The notes under the pieces were generated by a model, which was given only the letters and a program-made list of their open reading frames with translations, was not told the origin of the DNA and did not search any database. From NCBI GenBank assembly GCA_963700435.1, contig CAVOXM010000006.1:224683-288682 (forward strand): DNA of 64,000 nt, given 5' to 3'. The position numbers and the translations under genes are program-made. Source of the DNA: an uncultured Flavobacteriaceae bacterium (GTDB taxonomy: Bacteria; Bacteroidota; Bacteroidia; Flavobacteriales; Flavobacteriaceae). Of this stretch, positions 42,507 through 52,956 are shown piece after piece (the stretch's first letter is position 1; each line of letters opens with the position of its first letter).

Positions 42507-43220
42507 ATGCATGCAATAAAAACGATACGTTTAATTGGCTTCGCTTTGGCCATTTTGCCCTTCTTGGCCTTCAAGCCCAGCAAAGCCTGTGAATATTCAG
42601 GTTCCAACATCAATTACATCAAGACACAGATCGAAAAAGCCATTTCGCAGAACGATCTTAATCTGGTCCGTTACTATGCCTACAAGGCCCTGGACGGTAT
42701 TGAAAAGTCAAAAAAACAGCTGGATGATTGTGGCTGCCAGCATGCTGCCATTGGTATTGAAGAAAGTGCACATCTACTGAAAAGAGCGGCCAAGGAAAAC
42801 AATTTAAATGGCTCACTGGCATTGCTCGGCAGGTCGTTGGAAAATACAAAGGGCAGTATCGAGGCATTGGATCGGCATGAAGAACATTTGGCCAAACCCA
42901 AAAAAGACATGCTCGCCATGAACATGGTCAGCCCGGCGGACAAGATTCCGGAAGTTCAATTGGAAAACCGATTTTTGCAGGAAAAAATAGATGTTTCCCT
43001 GGAAACATACCGGGAGTCGCTACAAAAAGTGGTGCTGACGGTCGATTGCAAGGAAGCCCGAGCTTTTGCCGATAGAATTTACAAACATTGCGAAAAGGAA
43101 CTTCTGAAACCCAATCAGACCGAAGGGAAGAAATACTACAACCTGCGGACCCAACAAATCACGGCCCAGGCCCTTGAAGAACTCGGCGATTGCGGTATAA
43201 ACGATAGGATGGGCAAATAA
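42507..43220 (+). CDS. Secreted Cys-containing helical hypothetical protein
   Basis: Signal peptide, clean 237-aa ORF, upstream TAACTTTG promoter. Confidence 0.8.
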   Translation: MHAIKTIRLIGFALAILPFLAFKPSKACEYSGSNINYIKTQIEKAISQNDLNLVRYYAYKALDGIEKSKKQLDDCGCQHAAIGIEESAHLLKRAAKENNLNGSLALLGRSLENTKGSIEALDRHEEHLAKPKKDMLAMNMVSPADKIPEVQLENRFLQEKIDVSLETYRESLQKVVLTVDCKEARAFADRIYKHCEKELLKPNQTEGKKYYNLRTQQITAQALEELGDCGINDRMGK

Positions 43221-43269
43221 CCCGAGCCGTATCTTGATGCACATGATTTAGGAAAGGTTTTGTTGTTCT

Positions 43270-44433
43270 TTATTTGCTGGCGAACAACTTCACATCTTTC
43301 TCGGTGACTTCTTTACCTCCTAGGATGATCAGTCGCTCCACCACATTGCGAAGCTCCCTGATATTCCCCGTCCAGTCATAACTTTGCAATAATTTGATCG
43401 CGCCCGCTGAAAATACCTTTGGGGCGATGCCTTGTTCAGAAGCGATTTTTTCGGCGAAATGAGCGATCAATATGGGGATATCATCCCTTCGATCGTTCAA
43501 TGAGGGCACCTTTATCAAAATTACGGCCAAGCGATGGTATAGGTCTTCCCTAAATCTTCCATCCTTGATTTCCTTTTTCAAGTCCTTGTTGGTGGCAGCC
43601 ACTACCCTTACATCGACTTTGATATCTTTATCGCTGCCCACCCTGGAAATTTTGCTCTCCTGCAACGCGCGGAGCACTTTGGCCTGGGCAGAAAGGCTCA
43701 TATCACCGATCTCATCCAGGAAAATGGTCCCGTTATTCGCTGCCTCAAACTTGCCTGCCCGATCTTTTACCGCAGAGGTAAAGGCCCCCTTGACATGACC
43801 GAACAGTTCGCTCTCGATCAATTCTGAGGGTATGGCAGCGCAATTCACTTCAATGAAAGGGGCATTGCTCCTTTGGCTCTTTTCATGGAGCCAATGGGCC
43901 ACCAATTCCTTCCCCGTGCCATTATCGCCCGTAATCAAGACCCTGGCATCGGTAGGCGCCACTTTTTCGATCATCTCCTTGATATTCGCGATTTCATCGC
44001 TCTGGCCCACCATTTCGTAATTCTTGCCTACCTTTTTCTTGAGGATGATATTTTCGACCACCAGTTCCTTTCGGTCCAAGGCGTTTCGCACAGTGGTGAG
44101 CAATCGGTTCAAATCGGGGGGTTTTGAAATATAATCAAACGCACCGGCCCTCATGGTACTGACCGCAGTTTCAAGATCGCCATGCCCTGAAATCATGATG
44201 AACGGTATTTCCGGTTTGAATTTTCGTGCCGCCTCCAGCACCTCTACCCCATCCATCTTGGGCATCTTAATATCACAGAGTACCAGATCGAAATCGTTAT
44301 TTTTGATGGCCTCCAAGCCTTTTAGGCCATCTTCGGCCTCTGCTACCGTATAACTTTCGTTTTCCTCCGTTAGGATCTTTACCAATACCCTTCTGATGGC
44401 CGCCTCATCTTCAATTACCAAAATTCTTGACAT
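43270..44433 (-). CDS. sigma54-type response regulator (REC + AAA+, no C-terminal HTH)
   Basis: LCDIKMP receiver; GDNGTGKE, ESELFGHVKGAFTSA, FLDEIG, RFREDLYHRL, WTGNIREL. Confidence 0.93.
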   Translation of the reverse strand: MSRILVIEDEAAIRRVLVKILTEENESYTVAEAEDGLKGLEAIKNNDFDLVLCDIKMPKMDGVEVLEAARKFKPEIPFIMISGHGDLETAVSTMRAGAFDYISKPPDLNRLLTTVRNALDRKELVVENIILKKKVGKNYEMVGQSDEIANIKEMIEKVAPTDARVLITGDNGTGKELVAHWLHEKSQRSNAPFIEVNCAAIPSELIESELFGHVKGAFTSAVKDRAGKFEAANNGTIFLDEIGDMSLSAQAKVLRALQESKISRVGSDKDIKVDVRVVAATNKDLKKEIKDGRFREDLYHRLAVILIKVPSLNDRRDDIPILIAHFAEKIASEQGIAPKVFSAGAIKLLQSYDWTGNIRELRNVVERLIILGGKEVTEKDVKLFASK

Positions 44434-44444
44434 TTTTTCTTTTT

Positions 44445-45326
44445 TTATAGTCCTATTCTGAAGCCACTCCTAAAATAGAAGCTGGCCTTATCGTTCAAGA
44501 TAAATATATCATTTCTATTCTTATCCCTCAATACGCCCGACTGCAATACCGTATGGCCAAAATAGCCATAAATACCCATGACTTTGGTGATGTTGTATTG
44601 ATAGCCCAGGGTAACCAGCGCTGCCGAGGACGAAATGGAAGAGGCAATCCCGGTATCGGGCAATACCGTCGTATTTTGAAGGTTTACATAATACCCATCC
44701 AAAATAAATTCGGTTTGAAAAGTATGCTTTTCGCTGAAGTGGTATTTCATTCCGGTCTTGGGCACCCCAATGACGTAGGTCCAACTGGGATGAAATCGTT
44801 TCTCATAATATACGACCGGCAGCGGTATCCTCAATGCGACGGTGGAATTGTAGGAAATACCCAGCACCAATCGCATGGGCTTTTCGATATCCTGCCTATC
44901 CTTAAAGGCGCCAATGGTCGCATTGATGGAAAAGTCCCCGTTTTCTATCCCGTTGGTCAAGGTAGAAGCCAGACGTGGGGTGAGTACCCCTACAAATCTC
45001 CAGTCTTTGTTGTGCTTGTATACATAGGCCATATGAAGATCGGCAACATGAAACGTTTTCAGCCCTTCTTCCCCAAAGGGATTATTGAGGGGCAAGTCAT
45101 ATCGCAAGCGATTGTATTCCGATCCTATGATAATGGCGTTCGAATCCTTCACCTTGATGGGCAAATTGACCAATAGTCGGATTCGCGATAAACTGGTCTC
45201 TGCCGAGTTGTTGGGCATGAGCATGTATTCTACCCTAAAAATATCGGGGGTTTGTGCTTGGGAAAAAACCGCACAAAACAGGAGCAAAAATAAACATACG
45301 CTGGTCAATCTTGTCCCAATCCCCAT
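44445..45326 (-). CDS. Outer-membrane beta-barrel protein (DUF6268-like)
   Basis: Signal peptide, amphipathic strands, PLPVVYY motif, terminal FRSGFRIGL. Confidence 0.7.
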   Translation of the reverse strand: MGIGTRLTSVCLFLLLFCAVFSQAQTPDIFRVEYMLMPNNSAETSLSRIRLLVNLPIKVKDSNAIIIGSEYNRLRYDLPLNNPFGEEGLKTFHVADLHMAYVYKHNKDWRFVGVLTPRLASTLTNGIENGDFSINATIGAFKDRQDIEKPMRLVLGISYNSTVALRIPLPVVYYEKRFHPSWTYVIGVPKTGMKYHFSEKHTFQTEFILDGYYVNLQNTTVLPDTGIASSISSSAALVTLGYQYNITKVMGIYGYFGHTVLQSGVLRDKNRNDIFILNDKASFYFRSGFRIGL

Positions 45327-46210
45327 TCCTCAGTTGAGTTTTCTACCGCAGTATGTTGAAACGGGCTTTGCTGAAATACATGCACATCGCGCTGGGGAAA
45401 TGGAATGACCACCCTGTTTTCCCTGAACTTGGCATCAATGGCATAGCGCATCTGGCTTTTTATCCTTGGGTCCCCAAAACTATCAGCGATAAAAAAATTG
45501 AGGGAGAACATCAAGGCAGAATCCCCAAAATCGTCGAATAGCACAAAGGGTTTCGGGTTTTTGAGCACGCCTTTTTGGTTGTTCGCCACGTCTTCCAGAA
45601 TTCTGGTGACCAGCGCTACATTGCTGCCGTATGCGACCCCCACCTTGACCGATTCCCTGGTGGAAGCATGGTTCTGGGTATAATTATAAATGCTGTTGGT
45701 CAAAAAGATATGGTTGGGGATGACCACGACCTTATCATCTCTGGTGAGCGCCCGGGTGGTTCGCAATCGAATTTCGAAGACCTTGGCCACTTTGTCTTCC
45801 ACTTCGATCACATCGCCCACGTGCAGTGACTGATCCATAATGATCAGGACACCGGAAATAATATCCTGAAAAAGATATTGCAACGCAAAGCCCAAACCCA
45901 CGAATAGCGCCGCGGATGCCGTTAGCAAGACGGTTAAATTCACCCCGGAAGTGTGGAGCACCGTGATGATCACGAAGATATACAGCAGGTATTTGAAAAA
46001 ACTGAATATGCTTACGAACTTGTTCTTGTCGGTTTCGGGCAATTTGGCGGTGACCAGCCTCTGCACGATTTTCAAGATAAAGGAGGTGATGATGATACCA
46101 ACAATGATGAGGAGCAACGTTCCCACGCTGATGTTGGCTATTTCACCATCATATAACTTATAATTCAGAAAATCCTTGAACCCTGTTATGATGTTATTCA
46201 ATTGCTCCAT
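45305..46210 (-). CDS. Small-conductance mechanosensitive channel (MscS family)
   Basis: VGLGFALQ, VGDVIE, IRLRTT, IPN, VGVAYGS, IPFPQRD. Confidence 0.94.
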   Translation of the reverse strand: MEQLNNIITGFKDFLNYKLYDGEIANISVGTLLLIIVGIIITSFILKIVQRLVTAKLPETDKNKFVSIFSFFKYLLYIFVIITVLHTSGVNLTVLLTASAALFVGLGFALQYLFQDIISGVLIIMDQSLHVGDVIEVEDKVAKVFEIRLRTTRALTRDDKVVVIPNHIFLTNSIYNYTQNHASTRESVKVGVAYGSNVALVTRILEDVANNQKGVLKNPKPFVLFDDFGDSALMFSLNFFIADSFGDPRIKSQMRYAIDAKFRENRVVIPFPQRDVHVFQQSPFQHTAVENSTEEWGLGQD

Positions 46211-46211
46211 A

Positions 46212-47552
46212 TCAATACTTTAACCATTTGAACAGTTCTTTGTAGGTTGGTCTTTTACCGTACATCAAAATACCTACACGATAAATTTTTGCGGCCAACC
46301 AGACAATGCCTATGAAGGTACCCATCAAAAGTACGATAGAGGTGAGCAACTGCCAAATGGGAACACCCCCTTCTCCGATGCCCCCCGGCAAACGCATCAT
46401 CATTACGATGGGTGATGTAAGCGGGAACAGCGAAAAACCGACGGCTATCGGCCCATGTGGGTTACCAAAAACCGAAAAGAAGCCGACATAGATTGCCAAC
46501 ATCAGCGGAAGAATGATCGGAAAAATAAATTGTTGGGTGTCGGTCTCGTTATCGACTGCAGCACCGATGGCAGCATAAATGGAACTGTATATCAAATAGC
46601 CCAAAACAAAATAGATCAGAAAAAAGCCGATGAGCATCAGCCATGGAATATTAAAGAGCTCCTGGGTGTACAGCATCATCGTATCATTGGCCGACGGAAC
46701 CGCAGGGGCAAAATTCCCGGCAGTTCCGGCGATCAGTCCTTGTCCCGGATCAAGGGTGTCGGATCCTATATCGAATATGGCCAAGGCCAACATCAACAAC
46801 AATCCTGCGGAAACGATCCAAATCGCAAATTGGGTAATGCCCGCCAAAGAGGTTCCTATGATCTTGCCCAGCATCAACTGAAACGGTTTTACCGATGAAA
46901 TGATCACTTCAATGATACGGCTGGTTTTTTCTTCGATCACGCTGCGCATCACGAAACCGCCGTAAATAATGATGAACATCATGATCAGATAACCGAATCC
47001 CCCGCCTATAAATGCTTTGATTTCGTTGATGCCCTTCAGATTCTGCTCTCCGGAAAACGACGCGGTATTGATTTCAAAATGGTTGTCCAGAGCGGCAAGA
47101 TCAGTGGCTGAAACCTCCATTTCTTGGAGTCTTCGCTGACGCAACCGATCTTGGAAAACCGATTCGAGCCTTTCCAATACCAGGGTACTGGGCGCCTCTT
47201 TCGAGTAAAAGAATGAATTTTTGGCCACCGCTTCCAGGTTAGGTGCATCGGGAATGAACAATATTCCCGAATAGCCCATATTTTCGGTCGAATCTTTTGC
47301 CGCTTGCAAGTCGAGGCCGCTAAAACGCACAAACGACATACTTTCGGTGGTATTGAAATCATTGGAGAAATAATCGCTTTCGTTCAAAATGCCGATGACC
47401 CTTTTTTCGCTATCGTTTATTTTGGTCAAATAAGCGATCAAGACCACCATGCCCACCATTAAAATAGGACTGAGAAATGTCATAACCACAAATGACTTGT
47501 TCCTGACTTTGGCCAAATACTCCCGTTTGATGATTAAAAGCAGTTTACCCAT
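46212..47552 (-). CDS. ABC-2 type permease (NatB/YhaP-like)
   Basis: REYLAKVRNKSF, VIEEKTSRIIEVIISSVKP..LMLGKI, AAKIYRVGILMYG. Confidence 0.92.
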   Translation of the reverse strand: MGKLLLIIKREYLAKVRNKSFVVMTFLSPILMVGMVVLIAYLTKINDSEKRVIGILNESDYFSNDFNTTESMSFVRFSGLDLQAAKDSTENMGYSGILFIPDAPNLEAVAKNSFFYSKEAPSTLVLERLESVFQDRLRQRRLQEMEVSATDLAALDNHFEINTASFSGEQNLKGINEIKAFIGGGFGYLIMMFIIIYGGFVMRSVIEEKTSRIIEVIISSVKPFQLMLGKIIGTSLAGITQFAIWIVSAGLLLMLALAIFDIGSDTLDPGQGLIAGTAGNFAPAVPSANDTMMLYTQELFNIPWLMLIGFFLIYFVLGYLIYSSIYAAIGAAVDNETDTQQFIFPIILPLMLAIYVGFFSVFGNPHGPIAVGFSLFPLTSPIVMMMRLPGGIGEGGVPIWQLLTSIVLLMGTFIGIVWLAAKIYRVGILMYGKRPTYKELFKWLKY

Positions 47553-48481
47553 GATTTCCCTTACTTTGAACGGTTTGTATGAATATTTCGTTGGCTGAAG
47601 GAATTTTTTCTTCAAATCGGTTCACGCTGGCCTTGCTCGATAGATAGGACAGCAATTCACGGGAATCATCGGAGTGCATCTGTACCGTGAAGTCGACTTG
47701 GGCCTCTTTGCGATCAAAAGTGGATGTGGTCAGTGTAAATTTTTCGGATATTTCTTTAAGCAACGCCTCCCCGTTCGAGGCGATCAAACCCACCTGAAAC
47801 TTATTGTTTTTATAAGCGCGTTTAATATCGGATAGTTTTCCATCCAGAATTTTCTCTGCTTTATGGATCAATGCGATATACTCACATAGTTCTTCGACCG
47901 ATTCCATCCGATGTGTCGAAAATATAATGGAAGTGCCCTTTTCCTTTAGTTGTAGAATTTCATCTTTTATCAAATTCGCATTGATGGGATCAAAACCACT
48001 GAAGGGCTCATCGAAAATCAACAGTTTCGGTTCGTGCAAAACGGTAACGATAAACTGTATTTTTTGGGCCATGCCCTTTGAAAGTTCCTGGACTTTTTTG
48101 TTCCACCAATCCCCGATGTCGAGCCTCTCGAACCAATACTTCAGTCTTTGTTTGGCCTCCGTCTTGGTCAATCCTTTCAATTGGGCCAGGTACAATACCT
48201 GTTCCCCCACCTTCATACTTTTATACAAGCCCCTTTCTTCCGGCAAATAGCCAATCGACCCGATATGTTCCGGTTTCAGTTTTTCACCGTCAAAATACAC
48301 GGTGCCACTATCGGGATAGGTAATTTGGTTGATGATCCTGATCAGGGTTGTTTTTCCAGCACCATTCGGACCAAGAAGTCCGTATATGCTGTTTTTGGGG
48401 ATTTCCAAGGAAACTTTGTCAAGGGCCCTGAAGGTTCCGAAAGTCTTTAGAAACCGCTTCGGTTACCAAAATAGTATTCAT
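47545..48481 (-). CDS. ABC transporter ATP-binding protein (frameshift near the 5' end)
   Basis: GPNGAGKT, LSKGMAQK, DEPFSGFDP; N-terminus MNTILVTEAVSK lies in another frame. Confidence 0.92.
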
Positions 48482-48654
48482 CAATGCAATTTTGTCAAAG
48501 ATAGAGAAATGGATCTATACGGTTTTGGAAATTAAACGCCAATTCAGTCTGGTAGGTGAAGTTGGGTTTTGGCCTGCAACATCTTGAAATCATCGGTCGA
48601 AGTGCAGGTCAAAACTTGCGTTTGCGACCGGGTAGGACAATACGAATGCTCCTA

Positions 48655-48740
48655 GAAAAACAAAACCCACCCTTAAATGAATAAGGATGGGAAAAAAATT
48701 GCTATGAAAAAGAAAATTAGTATTGGTCTCCCAACACTAG
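48655..48740 (-). ncRNA. Candidate independently transcribed sRNA (~85 nt)
   Basis: Promoter TATATTTG (48743-50), 5' hairpin TAGTGTTGG-GAGA-CCAATACTA, U-rich linker containing UUUUUCAUAGCAA, terminator CCCATCCTTA..TAAGGGTGGG-TTTT. Confidence 0.65.
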
Positions 48741-48782
48741 GCCAAATATACGTTTTTATTTTAAAAATGAAATTAAAATATG

Positions 48783-49898
48783 TTATGAGAACATATCTTT
48801 TACCTTCTCAAAAAAGGATTTGTCGGATTTTTCCGGTTTCGGAACGAAGTTTTCATGGTCTTGCATGCGTTCAAAGAACTCCCGTTGTTCCTTATTGGCA
48901 TCTTTTGGGGTCCAAACATTGATATGCACGAGCAAATCCCCGCTTCCATATCCGTTTAGGTTGGCGATACCCTTGCCCCTCAACCTGAGTATTTTTCCGG
49001 ATTGGATGCCTGCTTCCAATTTGATCCTTACTTTTCCGCCCACCGAGTCGATTTCTTTGGAGGTTCCCAAGACCGCTTCGGAAATGCTGATATAAAGATC
49101 ATAATGTAAATTATCGCCTTCGCGTTTCAAAGTGTCGTGGTCTTCGGTTTCAATGGCTACCAATAAATCCCCAGGGATTCCATTTCCTGGAGCATCGTTG
49201 CCTTTCCCGCTCACCTTGAGCTGCATGCCTTCCTCTACCCCTGCCGGAATTTTGATCGACACGGTTTCTTCCTGAATCTTAAGTCCATCCGCATCCGCAT
49301 CATGTGGTCTTTTATCCAGGATTTGCCCACTGCCACCGCAAACGTTACAGGTTGCTGCGGTCTGCATTCTGCCCAAGATGGTGTTGGTGATTTTGGTCAC
49401 CTGTCCTCGGCCACCACAGGTATTGCAGGTTTTAAAGCTCACGCCCTCCACCTGTACCTTTCGGCGGACCTTTACCTTTTTTTCGACCCCCAGTGCAACT
49501 TCCTCCAGATTCAATTTGACCCGAATTCGAAGATTGCTGCCTTTGACGCGTCGCTGACCCCCTCCAAAACCTCCAAATCCGCTAAAACCTCCGCCGCCAA
49601 AAGCGCTGCCAAAAATATCGCCGAACTGACTGAAAATGTCATCCATGTTCATTCCCCCGCCACCAAAACCACCACCTTCAAAAGCAGCATGGCCGAATTG
49701 GTCGTAGCGTGATTTTTTATCGGGATCGCTCAATACTTCGTAGGCCTCCGCCGCTTTTTTGAAGCGCTCCTCAGCCTTTGCATCACCGGGATTCTTATCG
49801 GGATGGTATTCGATGGCCTTTTTGCGGTAAGCCTTTTTGATTTCCGCCGCGGATGCCCCCTTTTTGATGCCCAAAATGTCGTAAAAATCCTCTTTCAT
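48783..49898 (-). CDS. dnaJ: Chaperone DnaJ
   Basis: J-domain HPD, G/F-rich region and CxxCxGxG repeats. Confidence 0.98.
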   Translation of the reverse strand: MKEDFYDILGIKKGASAAEIKKAYRKKAIEYHPDKNPGDAKAEERFKKAAEAYEVLSDPDKKSRYDQFGHAAFEGGGFGGGGMNMDDIFSQFGDIFGSAFGGGGFSGFGGFGGGQRRVKGSNLRIRVKLNLEEVALGVEKKVKVRRKVQVEGVSFKTCNTCGGRGQVTKITNTILGRMQTAATCNVCGGSGQILDKRPHDADADGLKIQEETVSIKIPAGVEEGMQLKVSGKGNDAPGNGIPGDLLVAIETEDHDTLKREGDNLHYDLYISISEAVLGTSKEIDSVGGKVRIKLEAGIQSGKILRLRGKGIANLNGYGSGDLLVHINVWTPKDANKEQREFFERMQDHENFVPKPEKSDKSFFEKVKDMFS

Positions 49899-49907
49899 AA
49901 ATACGTT

Positions 49908-50464
49908 CTAGTTACCGACCACAACTTTTGGGTGTCGTATAATTTTATCCCCTAACGAAAATCCTTTTTCCACCACATCGATGATCTTTCCTTTCATTTT
50001 TTTGTTCGGGGCCGGAATTTGTGTGATGGCATCGTGCACATCCGGGTCGAAGGCATCACCAGCTTTGGTCCCGATTTCTTGTAACCCCTTCGACCTCAGG
50101 GTCTCTTTAAGTTTGTTATGGATGAGTTCAACACCCTTGAAGGATTCCTGATCAGTACTTTTGGCCAGTTCTTTAGCGGCCCTTTCGAAGTCGTCCAATA
50201 CCGGCAAAAGCGCCACAATTACTTCTTGGCCCGCCGTTCTGAACAATTCCACCCGTTCCTTGGAAGTGCGTTTTTTATAATTCTCGAATTCGGCGAACAA
50301 GCGCAAGAATTTTTCTTTTTCCTTGGCCAGTTCCTCCTGTAATTCCTCTTCTTGGGTCAAAACCCTCGCCCTCTTCCCGTACCTCTTCTTCGTTGTCCTC
50401 CGAATTCAGGGACGAATCGGGAGATTGCTTCGTCCCAATCTTCCTGCTTGTGTATATCACTCAT
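49908..50464 (-). CDS. grpE: Nucleotide exchange factor GrpE (frameshifted N-terminus)
   Basis: LRLFAEFENYKKR, LLPVLDDFERA, FDPDVHDA, IIRHPKVVV. Confidence 0.95.
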
Positions 50465-50496
50465 GAATATCATCTTATTTTAAACCATTCAAGGAT

Positions 50497-50537
50497 GGCA
50501 AAAGTACTGCCAATTTTATTAAAATGTCAAAATGTCA
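50497..50537 (-). promoter_or_regulatory. sigma54-like promoter plus TGACA direct-repeat box of grpE-dnaJ
   Basis: Minus strand TGACATTTTGACA-N12-TGGCAGTACTTTTGCC. Confidence 0.65.
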
Positions 50538-50618
50538 CTTAATAAAATATCCGCACGAGGCGGATAATTACTGAAAAAATGGGTTATGGTGATTGGTTTA
50601 CTCAGATGTATTCCTTTG

Positions 50619-51563
50619 TTAAATGGCTTTGGAGGAATTTGTTCCAGATTTCCCATATAAATCGTCCAGGGCCCTGCAAATATTCTGATATTCAAAAATA
50701 AAACCTTCTTCTTCTATTTTTTTGGAACTCACCCGCTGGCTCGCAAATAATATGTAGGACATTTCTCCCAGGATGCCGTCTTCATCACAATTTTGGGGAT
50801 ATTTGGTAAAATCAAGGGTTTGTTCATGGCCCTTGCCAACTCCTTGGTCAATTTTTGGTTGGTAACCGGATTGGGGCCAACACCGTTGTAGACGCCTTTC
50901 AGTTGATTTTCGATCACGAAAGAGGAACATACCGCGCCAAATCGCCGATATGTATCCAGGATTGCCATTGGCTACCTGTTCCGAAAGCCGCGCCCAAGCC
51001 ATATTTCATCGGCTTTGGCCATCTCAGGCAAGGCCCCACCATTCTGCGACATCACGAGCCCGATGCGTATTTTGGAAAGTGCAAAACCATAAGATTTAAA
51101 GGTATCGACCTCTTTTTCCCACCTTTTCACGACCTCCCCCAAAAAACTGGTATCGACTTCGGGTTCATCCTCTTCATAATAATGGGCCAATGAATTGGGA
51201 TAAATTCCAATTGCGGAGGCCGATACAAATGATTTGATGTTGCTGGTATCGACATAGCTCAACCCTTCGTTCAGGGTGTGGAGTGACTTGATACGGCTAT
51301 TCAATATTTCAGCCTTGTATTTCTTGGTCCAACGGCTCGATATGCTCGCCCCTGCCAAATTGATGATGGCCGTTACCCCTTTAAAACATTCCCGATCGAT
51401 TTCGCCTGTTGACGGATTCCAATAAAAACCCTTATAATTTTCCTTCGACAACCAATTTATCGGCGCTGGTGGTCAAATAATGTACCGAAATACCCTGTTC
51501 ATGGCATAATGCCGTTATTTCACGGCCTATGAGCCCAGTCGCACCTGTAATTAAAATCTTCAT
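50619..51563 (-). CDS. TIGR01777 family NAD-dependent epimerase/oxidoreductase (frameshifted)
   Basis: MKILITGATGLIG, IINLAGA, SASAIGIY, RIGLVM, GVYNGVGPNPVTN across frames. Confidence 0.9.
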
Positions 51564-51679
51564 GGCATCAAAAGTATGGTTTTATAAGAGATCGGATATA
51601 GGTTTAATTTCGATTTAACAGTGTTGGTTAAACTTACGTTAACGTTGGGGAGCGGTTTAATTCCCGCCATAGCTCATTT

Positions 51680-52344
51680 TTAAGACTTTGTCGCGCGCAA
51701 CATTTCACGTTTTCCAGGTGGGCCTGGAAGGCGTTCCACCGTAAAACCGACCGACTGCATCGCCCTTCGCACGCTTCCTTTAGCCGCATAGGTCACCAGA
51801 ACGCCATCGGTCTTCATCGCGTTGAACATTTTCAGGAACAGGGCCTCTGACCAGAGTTCAGGCTGCACCCTGGCACCAAATGCATCGTAGTATACCAGAT
51901 CGTATTTTTCGAGAGTCCGAAATTGTCGCGAAATCCTTTTTTTGCTTATGAAGGACAAAGCAGGTTGTTATGGGAATATCCCGATCCCAAGCCGAAGTAT
52001 GCAGATGGTTGAATTCCCGGGCATGGTCTTCGGCCTGCAAGGCCTGCAGGTAATTGAGTTTTCCGATTTCATTTTCAACCACGGGATAGGCCTCGACGCC
52101 GGTATAATGAATGTTGGTTTGATTCTTCGATCCTTCCAGCAAAGTGATGAAAGCGTTCAGACCCGTACCAAATCCGATTTCAAGGATCGAAAGGCTTGGC
52201 CGGTTCAGTTTATGATAGTCCGTTTTTGATGAAGACATGGTATGCTTCTTGGATGGCGCCATGCCTGGAATGGTAGGTTTCGTCCCAATCCGCCAAATGA
52301 ATGGTGCTCGATCCGTCGGCAGTGGTGATGATTTCGCGTTTCAA
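51680..52344 (-). CDS. mnmD: tRNA mnm5s2U34 methyltransferase MnmD (frameshifted)
   Basis: TADGSSTI, ILEIGFGTGLN, YYDAFGARVQPELW, LPGPPGKREM. Confidence 0.88.
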
Positions 52345-52345
52345 A

Positions 52346-52853
52346 CTATTGCTTTAGGAGCACGCCATCGGCTTCGAACAAATATGTTTTTTTTGGCGCT
52401 GTGATGCCATTGATTTCTTCATCCGATTTTCCGGCGTCTTTTGCGAAGTGTCTTTGGTCATCGAGGCCCATCATTTCAACGAAGGCCAGACCATTGACGA
52501 CCACCTCTTTACCGGTGATGTCCGTTGGCATAAAAAACCCATAATCCTTGAACCTGACCATGGCCTGTTCGCCCATTGGGCAAGGCAACGGTCATCCAAC
52601 ATCCCTTGGCCTTGCATACGTCGGTTACCGGGCATGGAATTTGGTCATGACGGTGTCGCCAACCGACAGCTTTGCAAAAGCTTGAAGCATTTCCGCGTTG
52701 TTTTTGGCCCCAGCATGCATCCATTTCATGGCCAAAAGTCTTGATTTCGGACGATTGCAGCGGACGAATTTATCGATTCCCGGTTGTGGAAATTTGGCCT
52801 TGACAAGCCCATATGGTCATGGTAAAGACAAGTAAAATGTTAATTCTTTTCAT
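52346..52853 (-). CDS. DUF4920 domain lipoprotein (frameshifted)
   Basis: Lipobox IWAC; VCKAKGCWM, VRFKDYGFFMP, HFAKDAG, FEADGV. Confidence 0.85.
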
Positions 52854-52956
52854 ATTTGCCAATATTTTGCCATCAATTGCAAAATTGGTCATTTTTAAAG
52901 GAAAAATGAAGAGCCTGTTGGGATATTTCATTAATTTTATTTGAAATTTTGAAGTA

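Noticed and set aside
48677-48922. 81-aa plus-strand ORF overlapping the 3' end of dnaJ
   Set aside because: It is antisense to dnaJ with no recognisable motif, and the promoter, hairpin and terminator polarity favour a minus-strand RNA.
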